64,000 bases of DNA, taken from Candidatus Hydrogenedentota bacterium. Its GTDB lineage: Bacteria > Hydrogenedentota > Hydrogenedentia > Hydrogenedentales > SLHB01. This document shows positions 9,960-19,271 of the stretch, one piece after another; positions within the stretch are counted from its first letter, which is position 1; each line of letters opens with the position of its first letter. The stretch is from NCBI GenBank assembly GCA_963745075.1, contig CAVUWV010000011.1, positions 125,298 to 189,297 of the forward strand, given 5' to 3'. Both the position numbers and the translations under genes were made by a program. Below the pieces are notes generated by a model. That model was not told the DNA's origin. It was given only the letters and a program-made list of their open reading frames with translations, and did no database searches.

Positions 9960-10946
9960 TCAGCGCCCCGTTCCACCGGCTTTCAATCCCGCGATAAACG
10001 CCCGTTCCGCGTCGTCGAGTTGGTTGAACAAGCGGCCCTCCTCCGGGCGCATGTCGAAGGAACGGCGGGGGCGTTGGTCCGGTGCGTCCCGGTTGCCGCG
10101 GACGCTGCCGTTATGAAAGCACCACCCGGCTGCGCCGCCGTCCCTGGCTTGTTGCAGGTCGGTGGCGAAATCATCCACCGTGGGTTGGTAGTCTCCGTAG
10201 CCGCGGCGGAAGGGTTCCTGGTAGTGGACCGGCACGACGCGTTTGGCGTTCTTCATGGTCTCGAAGTACTTTCTCGTTGCGGCCGCGGTTTGGTGCGGCG
10301 ATTCGGCGGTCCGCCCAAGGTGCGGGCAGATGAAGTCCACACCGGCATCAATCAGCGCAACCACGTTGTCGCTGTCCGAAGCTGTGCATAGACGGTCCGG
10401 GTCGATGGCTTTGATCGCACGGATGAGTTCGGCTACATCGCCGATGGGGACGAAACGCGCGTCGCCCACATTTCGTTCGTTTCCCACATCGAAATATACG
10501 TTCCGGAACGGCAGAAGTTCACTGGCGAGCGTCTTCATGACCGCCAGGTGCTCTTCGCGGTTCGAGGGGAAATCGGGAGCGTCGCCCCGCGTGACCGTCA
10601 CGTCGACCACCATGCCCCGATTGCTCGCGAGCTTGCAGAGCCGTTTCAGGCGCCCCATGTAGGGTTTGCGCACGGAACCGTCGGGCGCCACAGCGGATAC
10701 ATTGTTGTCGAAGGCGTTCCACGTGGCCCAGACCCGGATCCAGTTGAATCCGAGGGCGCGCAGGTCGTCCAGGTCTTGCTCGATGGGTTTCGCGTCGGCG
10801 ACGCCCAGGGCGGCGTAATAGCTGCATCCGAGCAGGAACGTGGGTTTTCCGTCCAACAAGAAGTGGCTGCCCTGAACCGAAAGGACGGGGCCCTGCGTCG
10901 CCGATGCGCTCAGGAGCACCGCGGCGGAAATCAATAGGCTGACCAT
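9960..10946 (-). CDS. Secreted putative glycoside hydrolase (clan GH-A-like TIM barrel)
   Basis: Signal peptide; FLLDGKPTFLLG, GFNWIRVW, DVGNE (acid/base-like) and PVHYQE (nucleophile-like). Confidence 0.65.
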   Translation of the reverse strand: MVSLLISAAVLLSASATQGPVLSVQGSHFLLDGKPTFLLGCSYYAALGVADAKPIEQDLDDLRALGFNWIRVWATWNAFDNNVSAVAPDGSVRKPYMGRLKRLCKLASNRGMVVDVTVTRGDAPDFPSNREEHLAVMKTLASELLPFRNVYFDVGNERNVGDARFVPIGDVAELIRAIKAIDPDRLCTASDSDNVVALIDAGVDFICPHLGRTAESPHQTAAATRKYFETMKNAKRVVPVHYQEPFRRGYGDYQPTVDDFATDLQQARDGGAAGWCFHNGSVRGNRDAPDQRPRRSFDMRPEEGRLFNQLDDAERAFIAGLKAGGTGR

Positions 10947-11074
10947 TGTTTGACTCCTGGCAATTCGCCCGGCACAAAACCGGACAACGGACCTTGATTC
11001 TGAGGTGTACCGGCCGTAGACTCACGCGTTTCGAGTGTAACACGATCCCGCTCGAAATATTCGGTTGAAGGCGC

Positions 11075-11785
11075 ATGTCCAATACTCACGAAATACCCGC
11101 ATACGACCGCACGCTCCGGCTGATTGAAAAAACGGGATTGATCTGCCTCGTGATCTACCTGGCGGTGCTCATCGGGATCGCCGTTGCGAAACCGGAGCCG
11201 TACGCCGGAGCGTGGCACCTGGTAGTCGGTAACCTCTTTCTGGGTCGGGCGTACAACATCACGGTCGGTCTCAAGGAGGGGTACCACCGGCTTTACCTGT
11301 TCTTCCAGTGCGGACTGGGCGACATCATCCTTCTCTTGCTGGTATACCCGTTGCTGGTGGCGGGGTATCGGCGCGCCATCGAATGGCGTTTTATCGGTCC
11401 CAGCATCGCCAACATCCGCGCTACGGCGGAAAAGCACAAGCACCGCGTCGAGCGTTTTGGTGCCGCCGGACTGCTGCTCTTCGTCTTTTTCCCCGCGTGG
11501 AGCACGGGACCTCTCGTCGCCGGGGTGGTCGGATACCTGGTTGGCATGCGGACCTACGTCGTGTTCACGTCCGTCATCGTCGGTAATTTCCTTTCGGTTG
11601 CGGCCTGGATTTGGCTTATCGAGTGGATGCACCGGTTTTCCGCATCCTTGGGCTACTGGTTGCCCTGGATCGTGGCGGGCTCTGTCGTCAGCCTTGCCGT
11701 CGTCTACCGCATACGACTTATTCGCCAACGCATGCGGAAAATGGGTGACGGAACGAGTAGCGGCAACGACCGTTCCGAAATGTGA
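11075..11785 (+). CDS. Small multi-drug export family-like membrane protein
   Basis: Several TM segments; RFGAAGLLLFVFFP..STGPLVAGVVGYLVGM motif. Confidence 0.7.
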   Translation: MSNTHEIPAYDRTLRLIEKTGLICLVIYLAVLIGIAVAKPEPYAGAWHLVVGNLFLGRAYNITVGLKEGYHRLYLFFQCGLGDIILLLLVYPLLVAGYRRAIEWRFIGPSIANIRATAEKHKHRVERFGAAGLLLFVFFPAWSTGPLVAGVVGYLVGMRTYVVFTSVIVGNFLSVAAWIWLIEWMHRFSASLGYWLPWIVAGSVVSLAVVYRIRLIRQRMRKMGDGTSSGNDRSEM

Positions 11786-11894
11786 TCCGTTTTCGGGCCC
11801 ACGCGGGGTTCGTTGCGGCTGGCGAAGGCCTGTGGTATTGTGCAAACGGCGCTTCCACGTATGATTGGTTTCAGCACCGGGTTTATCCATTCCC

Positions 11895-12647
11895 ATGCCA
11901 AGTCCAGACGCCTCACTCAAACACGCAGTCATCGATGCCTACCGCGAGGAACTGCGCGACCGGTATTCGATCGACAACGTGCGGCGTTTCGAGGAATTCG
12001 ATCCGATTTCGGACCAGACGGTAGATGACCTTCGCCAGTATTTTCTGGAATGCATCTATCCGTCTTCTGCCGATCGCGACCGGTTGGACGAAGCGTTTGA
12101 CCACATGGGTGAAATCATCCGTTCGCCGCGCCGGTTGACGCCCCTGATGAGGATGGCGTTTAGGACGGTGTGGAAACTGGGGCTGATGTTTCCGTCGGCG
12201 GTATCGGCGGGTCGCCACACCTTGGAAGCCTATCTCGAAACCCGGAAACTCGAGACCAAAATGCTCGAATATGCGCGTCGTAAGAAGTACACGCCGGAAC
12301 AAGTGGAGAATCACGACGTTGTCGTGCAGTTGGTTGCAAACGTACCCGAACGCGAGATCGTGCGGTTTCGTACCGAAGTCTTGAAACTGTTTGAGGCGTT
12401 GTCTAACGTGAAACTGCTGGCCGCCACGGTGGAAATCATGGACAACTCGCGAAAACTGATGGAGTCGCGGCCGGATTTGTACGACGAGCAGGAAATGGCC
12501 GGATTCAGCTTGGGGTGTGACGTGCTCCGCCGGGGCCATGCATTGTTTCAGAAGTTGAAACCGTCGGAATTTCCGGTGATTATCGAGGGCATTGAGGTTG
12601 TCGAAATCGATTGGTACGATCGGATCAAAGCGGAAGCCGCCTCCTGA
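11895..12647 (+). CDS. Hypothetical helical protein
   Basis: About 250-aa ORF with protein-like composition, co-oriented with its neighbours. No motif recognised. Confidence 0.7.
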   Translation: MPSPDASLKHAVIDAYREELRDRYSIDNVRRFEEFDPISDQTVDDLRQYFLECIYPSSADRDRLDEAFDHMGEIIRSPRRLTPLMRMAFRTVWKLGLMFPSAVSAGRHTLEAYLETRKLETKMLEYARRKKYTPEQVENHDVVVQLVANVPEREIVRFRTEVLKLFEALSNVKLLAATVEIMDNSRKLMESRPDLYDEQEMAGFSLGCDVLRRGHALFQKLKPSEFPVIIEGIEVVEIDWYDRIKAEAAS

Positions 12648-12723
12648 CGGAGGCGATCGTAGTCTGCGCGTGTGTCGATCCAGCGGGGCCGTTCCCGGCC
12701 GCGACCGGCACTTGGAAGAAAGG

Positions 12724-13941
12724 ATGACGAGAATGCGGATCACTACTTGTATCTTTACGGCGGCATTGGTCGCCGGTGTGGCCTTGGCGCAAAGTGACCT
12801 GAACGGACGCCAGATTCAAATGAAGGCCGGTGACCATCAGAGTCTCAATGTTCCCTTGACGTTGCCTTACGACGGGACTCTTGCGGAAGGTGAAATCGTC
12901 CAGGTGAAGGAGCCCAAGACGGCCAAGACATTCCCCGCCATGGTGCGGGATGGCGAATTCGTTTTTGTCCCCGAGGGGGCGATGCCGAATACCTCACATC
13001 GGTACGAGGTGGTCGTCCGAAAGGACAACAAGCCGCCCAGCGTGAAGATTACAAAACGGGACAACGAAGACGTCTTGGATGTTGTGATTGACGACGTGCC
13101 GTTCACTGCCTATCACTACTCCAATGAGAATAAGAAACCTTTCCTGTGGCCCGTGCTGGGGAAAGGCGGCGTGCATGTCACGCGCGACTATCCCATGGGT
13201 GAGGTGCAGGTGTCCCAGGACCATCCCCACCACAAGTCCATGTGGACCGCCTATGGCGACATCAACGGCGCGGACTGCTGGGGTGAGGGCGACAACTCCG
13301 GGTATCAGGTAAGCGGCGATGTAACCTTCGGCTCCGGCGACGCGTATGGATGGGTCCACGCGAAGAACGTGTGGCAGAATCACGAGCACCAGCCGGTCGT
13401 GGACGAGGAGCGGGAATACAAGTTCTACACGGGACCCGAAGGCGCGCGGATTTTCGACCTGACCGTCACCTTTACGGCATCGTATGGCGATGCGAAATTC
13501 ATCGACACGAAAGAAGGCGGCATCATGGCCGTGCGCGTTAACGATTTCATGGACGTCGACCATGGCGGCACCATTACGAATTCGGAGGGGCAGGTCGGTG
13601 AAGCCGAGGCCTGGGGGCAACCCGCCAACTGGTGCGACTATTCCGGCGCTATCCAGGACTCGGGCGTGTTCGGTATCACGGTCTTCGACGATGCCGGAAA
13701 TCTGCGTCATCCGTCGCGGTGGCACGTCCGGAATTACGGCCTCATGGGCGCGAACTGCTTTGGCCTGTCCTATTTCACGAAAGGGAAAGGCGATCTGAAC
13801 GGCGACTACACGTTGACGAACGGCGAATCCATGACCTTCCGGTACCGCACCTACGTGCACAGCGGCAACGTCAAAAAGGCCAAGGTCGCCGACCGCTACG
13901 CCGACTATGCAACACCGCCCACGGTGGAATGGGCGAAGTAG
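12724..13941 (+). CDS. Secreted protein of the so-called PmoA-like (DUF6807) family, probably carbohydrate-active
   Basis: Signal peptide; KPFLWPV, VTRDYP, DHPHHKSMW, DTKEG, WCDYSG, WHVRNYGLMGAN. Confidence 0.8.
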   Translation: MTRMRITTCIFTAALVAGVALAQSDLNGRQIQMKAGDHQSLNVPLTLPYDGTLAEGEIVQVKEPKTAKTFPAMVRDGEFVFVPEGAMPNTSHRYEVVVRKDNKPPSVKITKRDNEDVLDVVIDDVPFTAYHYSNENKKPFLWPVLGKGGVHVTRDYPMGEVQVSQDHPHHKSMWTAYGDINGADCWGEGDNSGYQVSGDVTFGSGDAYGWVHAKNVWQNHEHQPVVDEEREYKFYTGPEGARIFDLTVTFTASYGDAKFIDTKEGGIMAVRVNDFMDVDHGGTITNSEGQVGEAEAWGQPANWCDYSGAIQDSGVFGITVFDDAGNLRHPSRWHVRNYGLMGANCFGLSYFTKGKGDLNGDYTLTNGESMTFRYRTYVHSGNVKKAKVADRYADYATPPTVEWAK

Positions 13942-13985
13942 CGGTTCGCACGCGCGTTCGCGCGGTGAACGATTGATGACGTATC

Positions 13986-14017
13986 CAGTAGCGCAGGCGT
14001 TCGCGTCTGCGCTACTG
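13986..14017. repeat. GTAG-bounded intergenic hairpin (REP-like)
   Basis: CAGTAGCGCAGGCG-TTCG-CGTCTGCGCTACTG: a 14-bp stem with one G-T pair. Confidence 0.6.
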
Positions 14018-14043
14018 TGTTGCCTGGACGACGGGAGGATTCT

Positions 14044-15252
14044 ATGCGGTCGCTGTTCCGGCTCGTGATGGTCGCTGCCCTGCTGGCTGCGCCCGCCCAG
14101 GCAACATTCTCAAGGAGCTACGAGGCCGTGCTCGGTCCCCAGCCCGAGAAGTATACCTTCGATGAGCCGCTGAAAATCGCGCACCCGGAATTATCCTACG
14201 TCATCGACGTGCAAGCCGTGTTACAGGAGGGCACGGGCGAACTGCGCGTCATCAATCCTTCCGGCGCCGAAATCTACCAACATCTTTGGGGCGGGGGACT
14301 TAGCGAAGACCTCGCGGCCCTGGGTCCTCTGACGATGGCAGGCGAGTACCGGGTCATCGTGGACGTTGAGAAGGCCTTGGGGCACTGGCGCGTGCGTGTG
14401 GTCGAAGTGCCTAAGGCGGACCAGCTCCGGAGCATTTCATTTGTGGGGCCGCTCCTGACGTTTATTGGATTCGCCTTCTTGTTGGGGTGGTTCCTGATGA
14501 CCCGCGCGCAATGGCGATGGCTCTTCGTCGGGGCAGGCGTGCGGCTTGCCGCAGCGGTACTGACATTGGGTGCTGGGGTTGTTTACTACGTCACCTTTCG
14601 TGGCGCTCTTGAAGATTCCTTGAATTACCTACACTACCTCATCGCCGACAGTTGCGTTATCGGGGTCGCTTCAGGTGTTGCAGCGACGCTCGCTCTTCTC
14701 GTCGCCGGCCTGATCTTTCGCGGCGTGAGGACGTTGGCACCCAATGCGGTCGGCCTGGGCGTTGGCACCGCCGTCAGCGAAGTGTTCGTGACCGCCATCG
14801 TCACTGTAGTCGGCACGGGCCTTCTTTTCGGAGGAAGTCCCAAGAGCGGAAAGTGGATGCTGCAGCTCGCCTATGACGCGACGACCACGCCGATGTTGCC
14901 ACTCGTTGAACCGGCGAAGTTCATGGGTCTGGTCCTGTGCTTCATGGCCGCAAGTGGTCTTGTCGTCCTGGCCGTAACCGCGCGCCGATGGGCGCTGGTG
15001 TTCCCGGCATCTTTGCTCTTGATCGGCTTTTACGCCGCCATCGGCGGGGCCCGCATTTGGGCCTTGGACGGCGCACTGTCCAAATGGTGGATCGTAGGCG
15101 GCGCCCTTCCATTTGCCGTCGCCAGCCTGCTCGTGGTGTGGTGGTGCATGCGCGTATGGCCACCCCCGCCAATTCCAGACAAGACGCTTACACCCATGGA
15201 AGCATACCTCCGGGACGCCCGTAGTACGGAGGAAGGATCTTCGGCGAAGTGA
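14044..15252 (+). CDS. Membrane protein with N-terminal exported domain and YhfC-like multi-TM region
   Basis: Signal peptide, soluble beta-rich domain, then 7-8 TM segments including WRWLFVGA and AVGLGVGTAVSE. Confidence 0.6.
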   Translation: MRSLFRLVMVAALLAAPAQATFSRSYEAVLGPQPEKYTFDEPLKIAHPELSYVIDVQAVLQEGTGELRVINPSGAEIYQHLWGGGLSEDLAALGPLTMAGEYRVIVDVEKALGHWRVRVVEVPKADQLRSISFVGPLLTFIGFAFLLGWFLMTRAQWRWLFVGAGVRLAAAVLTLGAGVVYYVTFRGALEDSLNYLHYLIADSCVIGVASGVAATLALLVAGLIFRGVRTLAPNAVGLGVGTAVSEVFVTAIVTVVGTGLLFGGSPKSGKWMLQLAYDATTTPMLPLVEPAKFMGLVLCFMAASGLVVLAVTARRWALVFPASLLLIGFYAAIGGARIWALDGALSKWWIVGGALPFAVASLLVVWWCMRVWPPPPIPDKTLTPMEAYLRDARSTEEGSSAK

Positions 15253-15764
15253 ACCTCGGCGAGAAGAACATCGTTTTGATTGGCATGCCGGGCGTGGGCA
15301 AGAGTACCATCGGCGTCCTGCTAGCCAAAGAATTGTCCCGCGCGTTTCTCGATACCGATGTGTTGATCCAATCCCAGGAAGGTCGCCGACTGAGGGACAT
15401 TATCCGCGAGGACGGGATCGAGGTCTTTCGCGCGCTCGAGGAGCGCTACATTCTCACCCTCGACTGCCGTGAGCACGTCGTCGCGACCGGCGGAAGCGCA
15501 ATTTACAGCGAACCAGCTATGCAGCATCTCCGTGGACGCGGCGTGGTCGTCCATCTCGCGCTCCCTATCGAGCTTCTCGATCGCCGCATTCGAAGCCTCG
15601 ACGACCGCGGCGTGGTGCGGGCCGAGGGGCAGAGTTTGCGAGAACTCTACGAGGAACGCTTGCCCCTCTACACCCGTTACCGCGACTGCGAAGTGAGCTG
15701 TGCGCGCCGCAATCACGACGACGTCGTCGGTGCAGTTATCGCGGCAATCCAAGCGCTTCCGTAG
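15249..15764 (+). CDS. aroK: Shikimate kinase
   Basis: NIVLIGMPGVGKSTIG, FLDTD, VVATGGS, ERLPLY. GTGA overlap with the upstream gene. Confidence 0.95.
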   Translation: MNLGEKNIVLIGMPGVGKSTIGVLLAKELSRAFLDTDVLIQSQEGRRLRDIIREDGIEVFRALEERYILTLDCREHVVATGGSAIYSEPAMQHLRGRGVVVHLALPIELLDRRIRSLDDRGVVRAEGQSLRELYEERLPLYTRYRDCEVSCARRNHDDVVGAVIAAIQALP

Positions 15765-15786
15765 GTCCCATCCAATCACGGGGGCG

Positions 15787-15890
15787 CCCAAAGTAGGCGC
15801 GGCTTCCATTCGCGTTAATTCTTGTTTTCGAGTTGGAATTCGTAGTTCGCGAGAAAGACTAAACGCGGCTGGAAGCCGCGTCTATTTGGG
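15787..15890. repeat. Inverted pair of REP-like palindromes (REPIN-like)
   Basis: CCCAAAGTAGGCGCGGCTTCCATTCGCGTT (15787-15816) and an imperfect inverted copy AACGCGGCTGGAAGCCGCGTCTATTTGGG (15862-15890). Confidence 0.7.
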
Positions 15891-16111
15891 ATATCCCGTT
15901 GGGTTTAAAAACACTTCGGCAGGAGCGCCCGATTCTTCGCGAAGTGACCGTTTTTTGTCACTCGTATTGTTCATTTCCGTCATCACGACTGAGATCCACC
16001 TTTGCCCCAATCCATCCGTAAGAGCCTCGATCTATTCGTAAGCGGCTACTCCAGAATGGGTTGAGAGGATTGGAGCTACCCTGACGTTGCTCCAAATCCA
16101 TCCTCGAAAAC

Positions 16112-16128
16112 AGGGCATGACGATTGCT
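16112..16128 (+). promoter_or_regulatory. sigma54 (-24/-12) promoter
   Basis: GGCATGACGATTGCT gives GG-N10-GC with TTGC, about 40 nt upstream of the ATG at 16167. Confidence 0.6.
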
Positions 16129-16166
16129 CCTTTACGTCCTGCTCGCAACAGTAGGAGAGGCGGACG

Positions 16167-16493
16167 ATGGCTTGGCGGTTTTGCATGGAGACAGGGGTCG
16201 CCGCGTGCGTTGCCTTGGGCGCCAGCATTTGGGGCGTTCAATCCACCGCGCCGGCGACGTTGACTGCGGAAGATGTTGCACCCCCGCACAGGGCAGCGTC
16301 CGTCGAAGTCTCATTGGTGACGGTCATTGAGCCCATCCATGCCGATTCGCTGGGGCTCGGTGAGCGATCTCAGTCACCAGATGTTTTTCACCGCGCCGGC
16401 CTTGAAGAACCCATACCAGACACACGGGATGCCTCGAACGGCGCAGCCGAGGAAGTTGCTTCAGTTTTGCCGTCGGCACACGACGGCTCCTAG
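16167..16493 (+). CDS. Small hypothetical, probably exported protein
   Basis: RBS AGGAGAGG, hydrophobic N-terminus, flanked by a sigma54-type promoter and a terminator. Confidence 0.55.
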   Translation: MAWRFCMETGVAACVALGASIWGVQSTAPATLTAEDVAPPHRAASVEVSLVTVIEPIHADSLGLGERSQSPDVFHRAGLEEPIPDTRDASNGAAEEVASVLPSAHDGS

Positions 16494-16542
16494 CGCTTCC
16501 CTGTCACCGGTGCTAGACGCACACCGGTGGCGCGGCACAGGG

Positions 16543-16583
16543 AAGGGGGTCCGCATTCGGCAATGCGGGCCCCCCTCGTTTTT
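16543..16583 (+). terminator. Intrinsic terminator
   Basis: GGGGGTCCGCATT-CGGC-AATGCGGGCCCCC followed by CTCGTTTTT. Confidence 0.7.
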
Positions 16584-16649
16584 CCGCCGCACCGGACCGG
16601 TTCAACTTTGACCAGTGAAACGCCGCTATACACTGCGACTGAGTCTCAT

Positions 16650-16745
16650 CTCGTAATCGTGCTCGTCATCGTAATCGATCTTCCGTGAGACTCACCTCAT
16701 AGCCCCTTCGATTACGAGTACGATAACGATTACGATTACGACGAT
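16650..16745. repeat. Palindromic tandem-hexamer element (GTAATC)n...(GATTAC)n
   Basis: GTAATC GTGCTC GTCATC GTAATC, a spacer, then GATTAC GAGTAC GATAAC GATTAC GATTAC. Confidence 0.8.
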
Positions 16746-16782
16746 AGGGATCACGGCCATCGATAGTGAGGGAATTGCTGCA

Positions 16783-17276
16783 ATGGTCTACCTCAAGGCA
16801 TTCCTGTTCACCGTCTTAGTTCCAGGAACTGTTGCGGGAGTCATCCCATACCTTGTTATTTCGCGGGGGACACGCAGATTCCTCTGTGGTGGCGCGGCTG
16901 GAGACTACTGGGGTGGGGACCGGTGGTCGTCGGTGCCGTGATTCTGCTCTGGTGTATCGCGGATTTCGCGTATACTGGAAAGGGGACGCCTGCGCCCGTC
17001 GATCCGCCGAAGCGGTTGGTCGTGCACGGGCTGTACCGGTACGTGCGCAATCCGATGTACATCGGCGTCTTGTCGATACTGCTGGGCGAACTGCTGCGTT
17101 TCCCATCGTTCCAGATGTTGATTTATGCAAGTCTTGTTTTTGCGGCGTTTGAATCCTTCGTCGTGTTTTATGAAGAACCGGCCTTACGTAAGAAGTTTGG
17201 TGAACCATACGTCGCGTATTGCCGGGAAGTGAACCGATGGTTGCCGTGCTGGGATTCCATCTTCAAAACTATGTAA
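16783..17276 (+). CDS. Isoprenylcysteine carboxyl methyltransferase (PEMT/ICMT) family protein, frameshifted near 16865
   Basis: Manual N-terminus MVYLKAFLFTVLVPGTVAGVIPY joins GKGTPAP.DPP..LV..GLYRYVRNPMY and YEEP.LR.KFG..Y..YC..VNRW after a shift in the G5 run. Confidence 0.8.
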
Positions 17277-17307
17277 GGGAACATTGCGGCGTTCCGACAA
17301 GGTCCAC

Positions 17308-18882
17308 TCAGTTCGGACGTTCCAGATGCGTCAGCCAGCCTTCGTCGAAGCAGACGTGTTTGATCGAATATCGCCGATATGTATACGTGAGGTGAATCAT
17401 CCCATCCGAGGTTTGAATGATGCAGGGATAAGAAAACTCGCCCCAATCCGCTTCCAGGGTCCTCAGGTCGGTCCACGTCTTCCCGTCGTCGTAGGACTGA
17501 ATGAGATTTAACGGCGTCCGGTCATCCTGGTCGGTGTCATTGAACACCAAAACCAAACGGCCGCTTTTCAGTTTGGTCATGGCGATACCCGAGTCGGGGT
17601 TCTTCAATTCCGTCTTTTCGGGCGCCGACCACGTCAGACCCCGATCGGTCGACACGCTCTGCATGATGCGCGGCTGGTGTCGCATAAGGCACAGCAAGTC
17701 GCCGTTGTCCCGCTGGATAACCGTCGGTTGCCCGCCACCGCCACGGATGAATCCGCCGGGTTTCCACGTCGCGCCGTCATCCTCGAGGTAGAGGAGAAAC
17801 GACCCGTAGCGATCCTCGGTCTCGCCGCTGATGGGCAGGGCCAGTGTGCCGTTGTCCAGGGTAAGGGGCGCATTACGCGGCAACCACCCAAGACTGCCCG
17901 GCATCTCTGTATCCTCAGACCATGTTTCACCGTTGTCATCGGAAGTCCGCATCATCAGCCGGCATTGTCCCCAGCCTGCACCGCGGCGGACGGGGCGGCT
18001 GCCTTCCATGCGCCCCCAAACGATCCACATGCGATCCCTTGGGCCTTTGAAGATGATGGCATTGCCCGGCGGCTGAGCCGGGTTCCAGATCAGTCGTTCC
18101 GGGGTGGTCCAGATCCGTTTCCCCTTTTCCAGACGCGCAAGGTAGAGCGCCTGATCGTCCGCCGATTCGTAGCTCCCGCCGTACCAGAGGCAGAGCAGAT
18201 CGCCGTTCGGCGCTTCCGCAACGGTCGAACAGTGGTGCGCCGCCACGCCGGGGATCTTAGTAAAGATGAGTTCGGAAGAAAACGAGATCGTACCGTAGGG
18301 ATCGGGAATGAGGCGCTCCGGACCGGGTTGGTTGATGGGCGTGCCCGACACGGGTGTCTCGGTCTTCGTCACAGGCTTTTTCGCGAGGACTTGCTGAATG
18401 GCCGTCTCGAGGCCGGGTTCTGGTGCGGGACCACCCAAATCGCCGTGATAGATGAGTTTTCCGGTGTCGTCGAGGAAGAAGAATTCGGGTGTTACCGTCG
18501 CGCCGAACTGTTTTGCCACACTTCCCGTGGGATCGCGGTGGATCGGGAACCGCAAGCCGTTGTTCTGCATGAACGTGCGCAGTTCGTCGCCCGATTCCGC
18601 GGAATTCGAGGAAACGCCGACGAAGAGGATGTCCTTGAACCGGTACTTTTCGTACAGCGCACCAACGTCCTCAATGATCTGCTGCGTTCGCTCGCAACGA
18701 GACGATAAAAACACGACCACTGTTCCCTTGCGCTCGGCGTAGTTGTCCATCGTGCGCGAATACCCATCGAGTGTCTCGAACGAAACGGGCCCCACCATCT
18801 CGGCGATGTCGAGTGCACTTGCAGATAGCGCGCAGAGGAATAGTGTAAGTACGATTGCTGGGAGTATTCGTGAGAACTGCAT
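17308..18882 (-). CDS. Secreted redoxin-like domain fused to a BNR/Asp-box sialidase-like domain
   Basis: Thioredoxin-fold motifs (VGVSSN, FPIHRD, FGATVTPEFF, YHG) followed by Asp-boxes SDDNGETWS, STDRGLTWS, SYDDGKTW and EFSYP. Confidence 0.85.
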   Translation of the reverse strand: MQFSRILPAIVLTLFLCALSASALDIAEMVGPVSFETLDGYSRTMDNYAERKGTVVVFLSSRCERTQQIIEDVGALYEKYRFKDILFVGVSSNSAESGDELRTFMQNNGLRFPIHRDPTGSVAKQFGATVTPEFFFLDDTGKLIYHGDLGGPAPEPGLETAIQQVLAKKPVTKTETPVSGTPINQPGPERLIPDPYGTISFSSELIFTKIPGVAAHHCSTVAEAPNGDLLCLWYGGSYESADDQALYLARLEKGKRIWTTPERLIWNPAQPPGNAIIFKGPRDRMWIVWGRMEGSRPVRRGAGWGQCRLMMRTSDDNGETWSEDTEMPGSLGWLPRNAPLTLDNGTLALPISGETEDRYGSFLLYLEDDGATWKPGGFIRGGGGQPTVIQRDNGDLLCLMRHQPRIMQSVSTDRGLTWSAPEKTELKNPDSGIAMTKLKSGRLVLVFNDTDQDDRTPLNLIQSYDDGKTWTDLRTLEADWGEFSYPCIIQTSDGMIHLTYTYRRYSIKHVCFDEGWLTHLERPN

Positions 18883-19062
18883 GGGTTGCGTCCTTTCCGT
18901 TGGCCACCCTTGGACCGGCCTGCGTCAGTGTAGAGAACGGGGGCGGCGGTATCAACGCGGGTTAGCCTATGAACGTCCATCACACGTCATCCTGAGCCGG
19001 GGACCTCTTTCGAGGGTGTTGGAACCAAGAACAGTCGAGCATGGTTGCGACCTGCATTACTC

Positions 19063-19134
19063 TCGAAATCGGGCTCGGGATCGAAAGTGGGATGCGCAAA
19101 GTGCTTTCGATCCGGATTTCGATCCCGATTTCGA
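19063..19134. repeat. Palindromic tandem-hexamer element (GAAATC/GGGATC)n...(GATTTC/GATCCC)n
   Basis: TC GAAATC GGGCTC GGGATC GAAAG ... CTTTC GATCCG GATTTC GATCCC GATTTC GA. Confidence 0.75.
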
Positions 19135-19271
19135 CAATATTAAACCTCCGTTATTGATGCAGAATGACTTACTGGAGCCTGTTCTTAGGAGCGCCGACGA
19201 AGGATATCATCACGCCAACGGCTAATCGGTCAGAGATCCTTCGCTGGCGCTCGGTATTACGGAACGCAGAT

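Noticed and set aside
12724..13941. Particulate methane monooxygenase PmoA
   Set aside because: The family label is misleading: this is a soluble secreted protein with no TM helices and no pmoB/pmoC neighbours.
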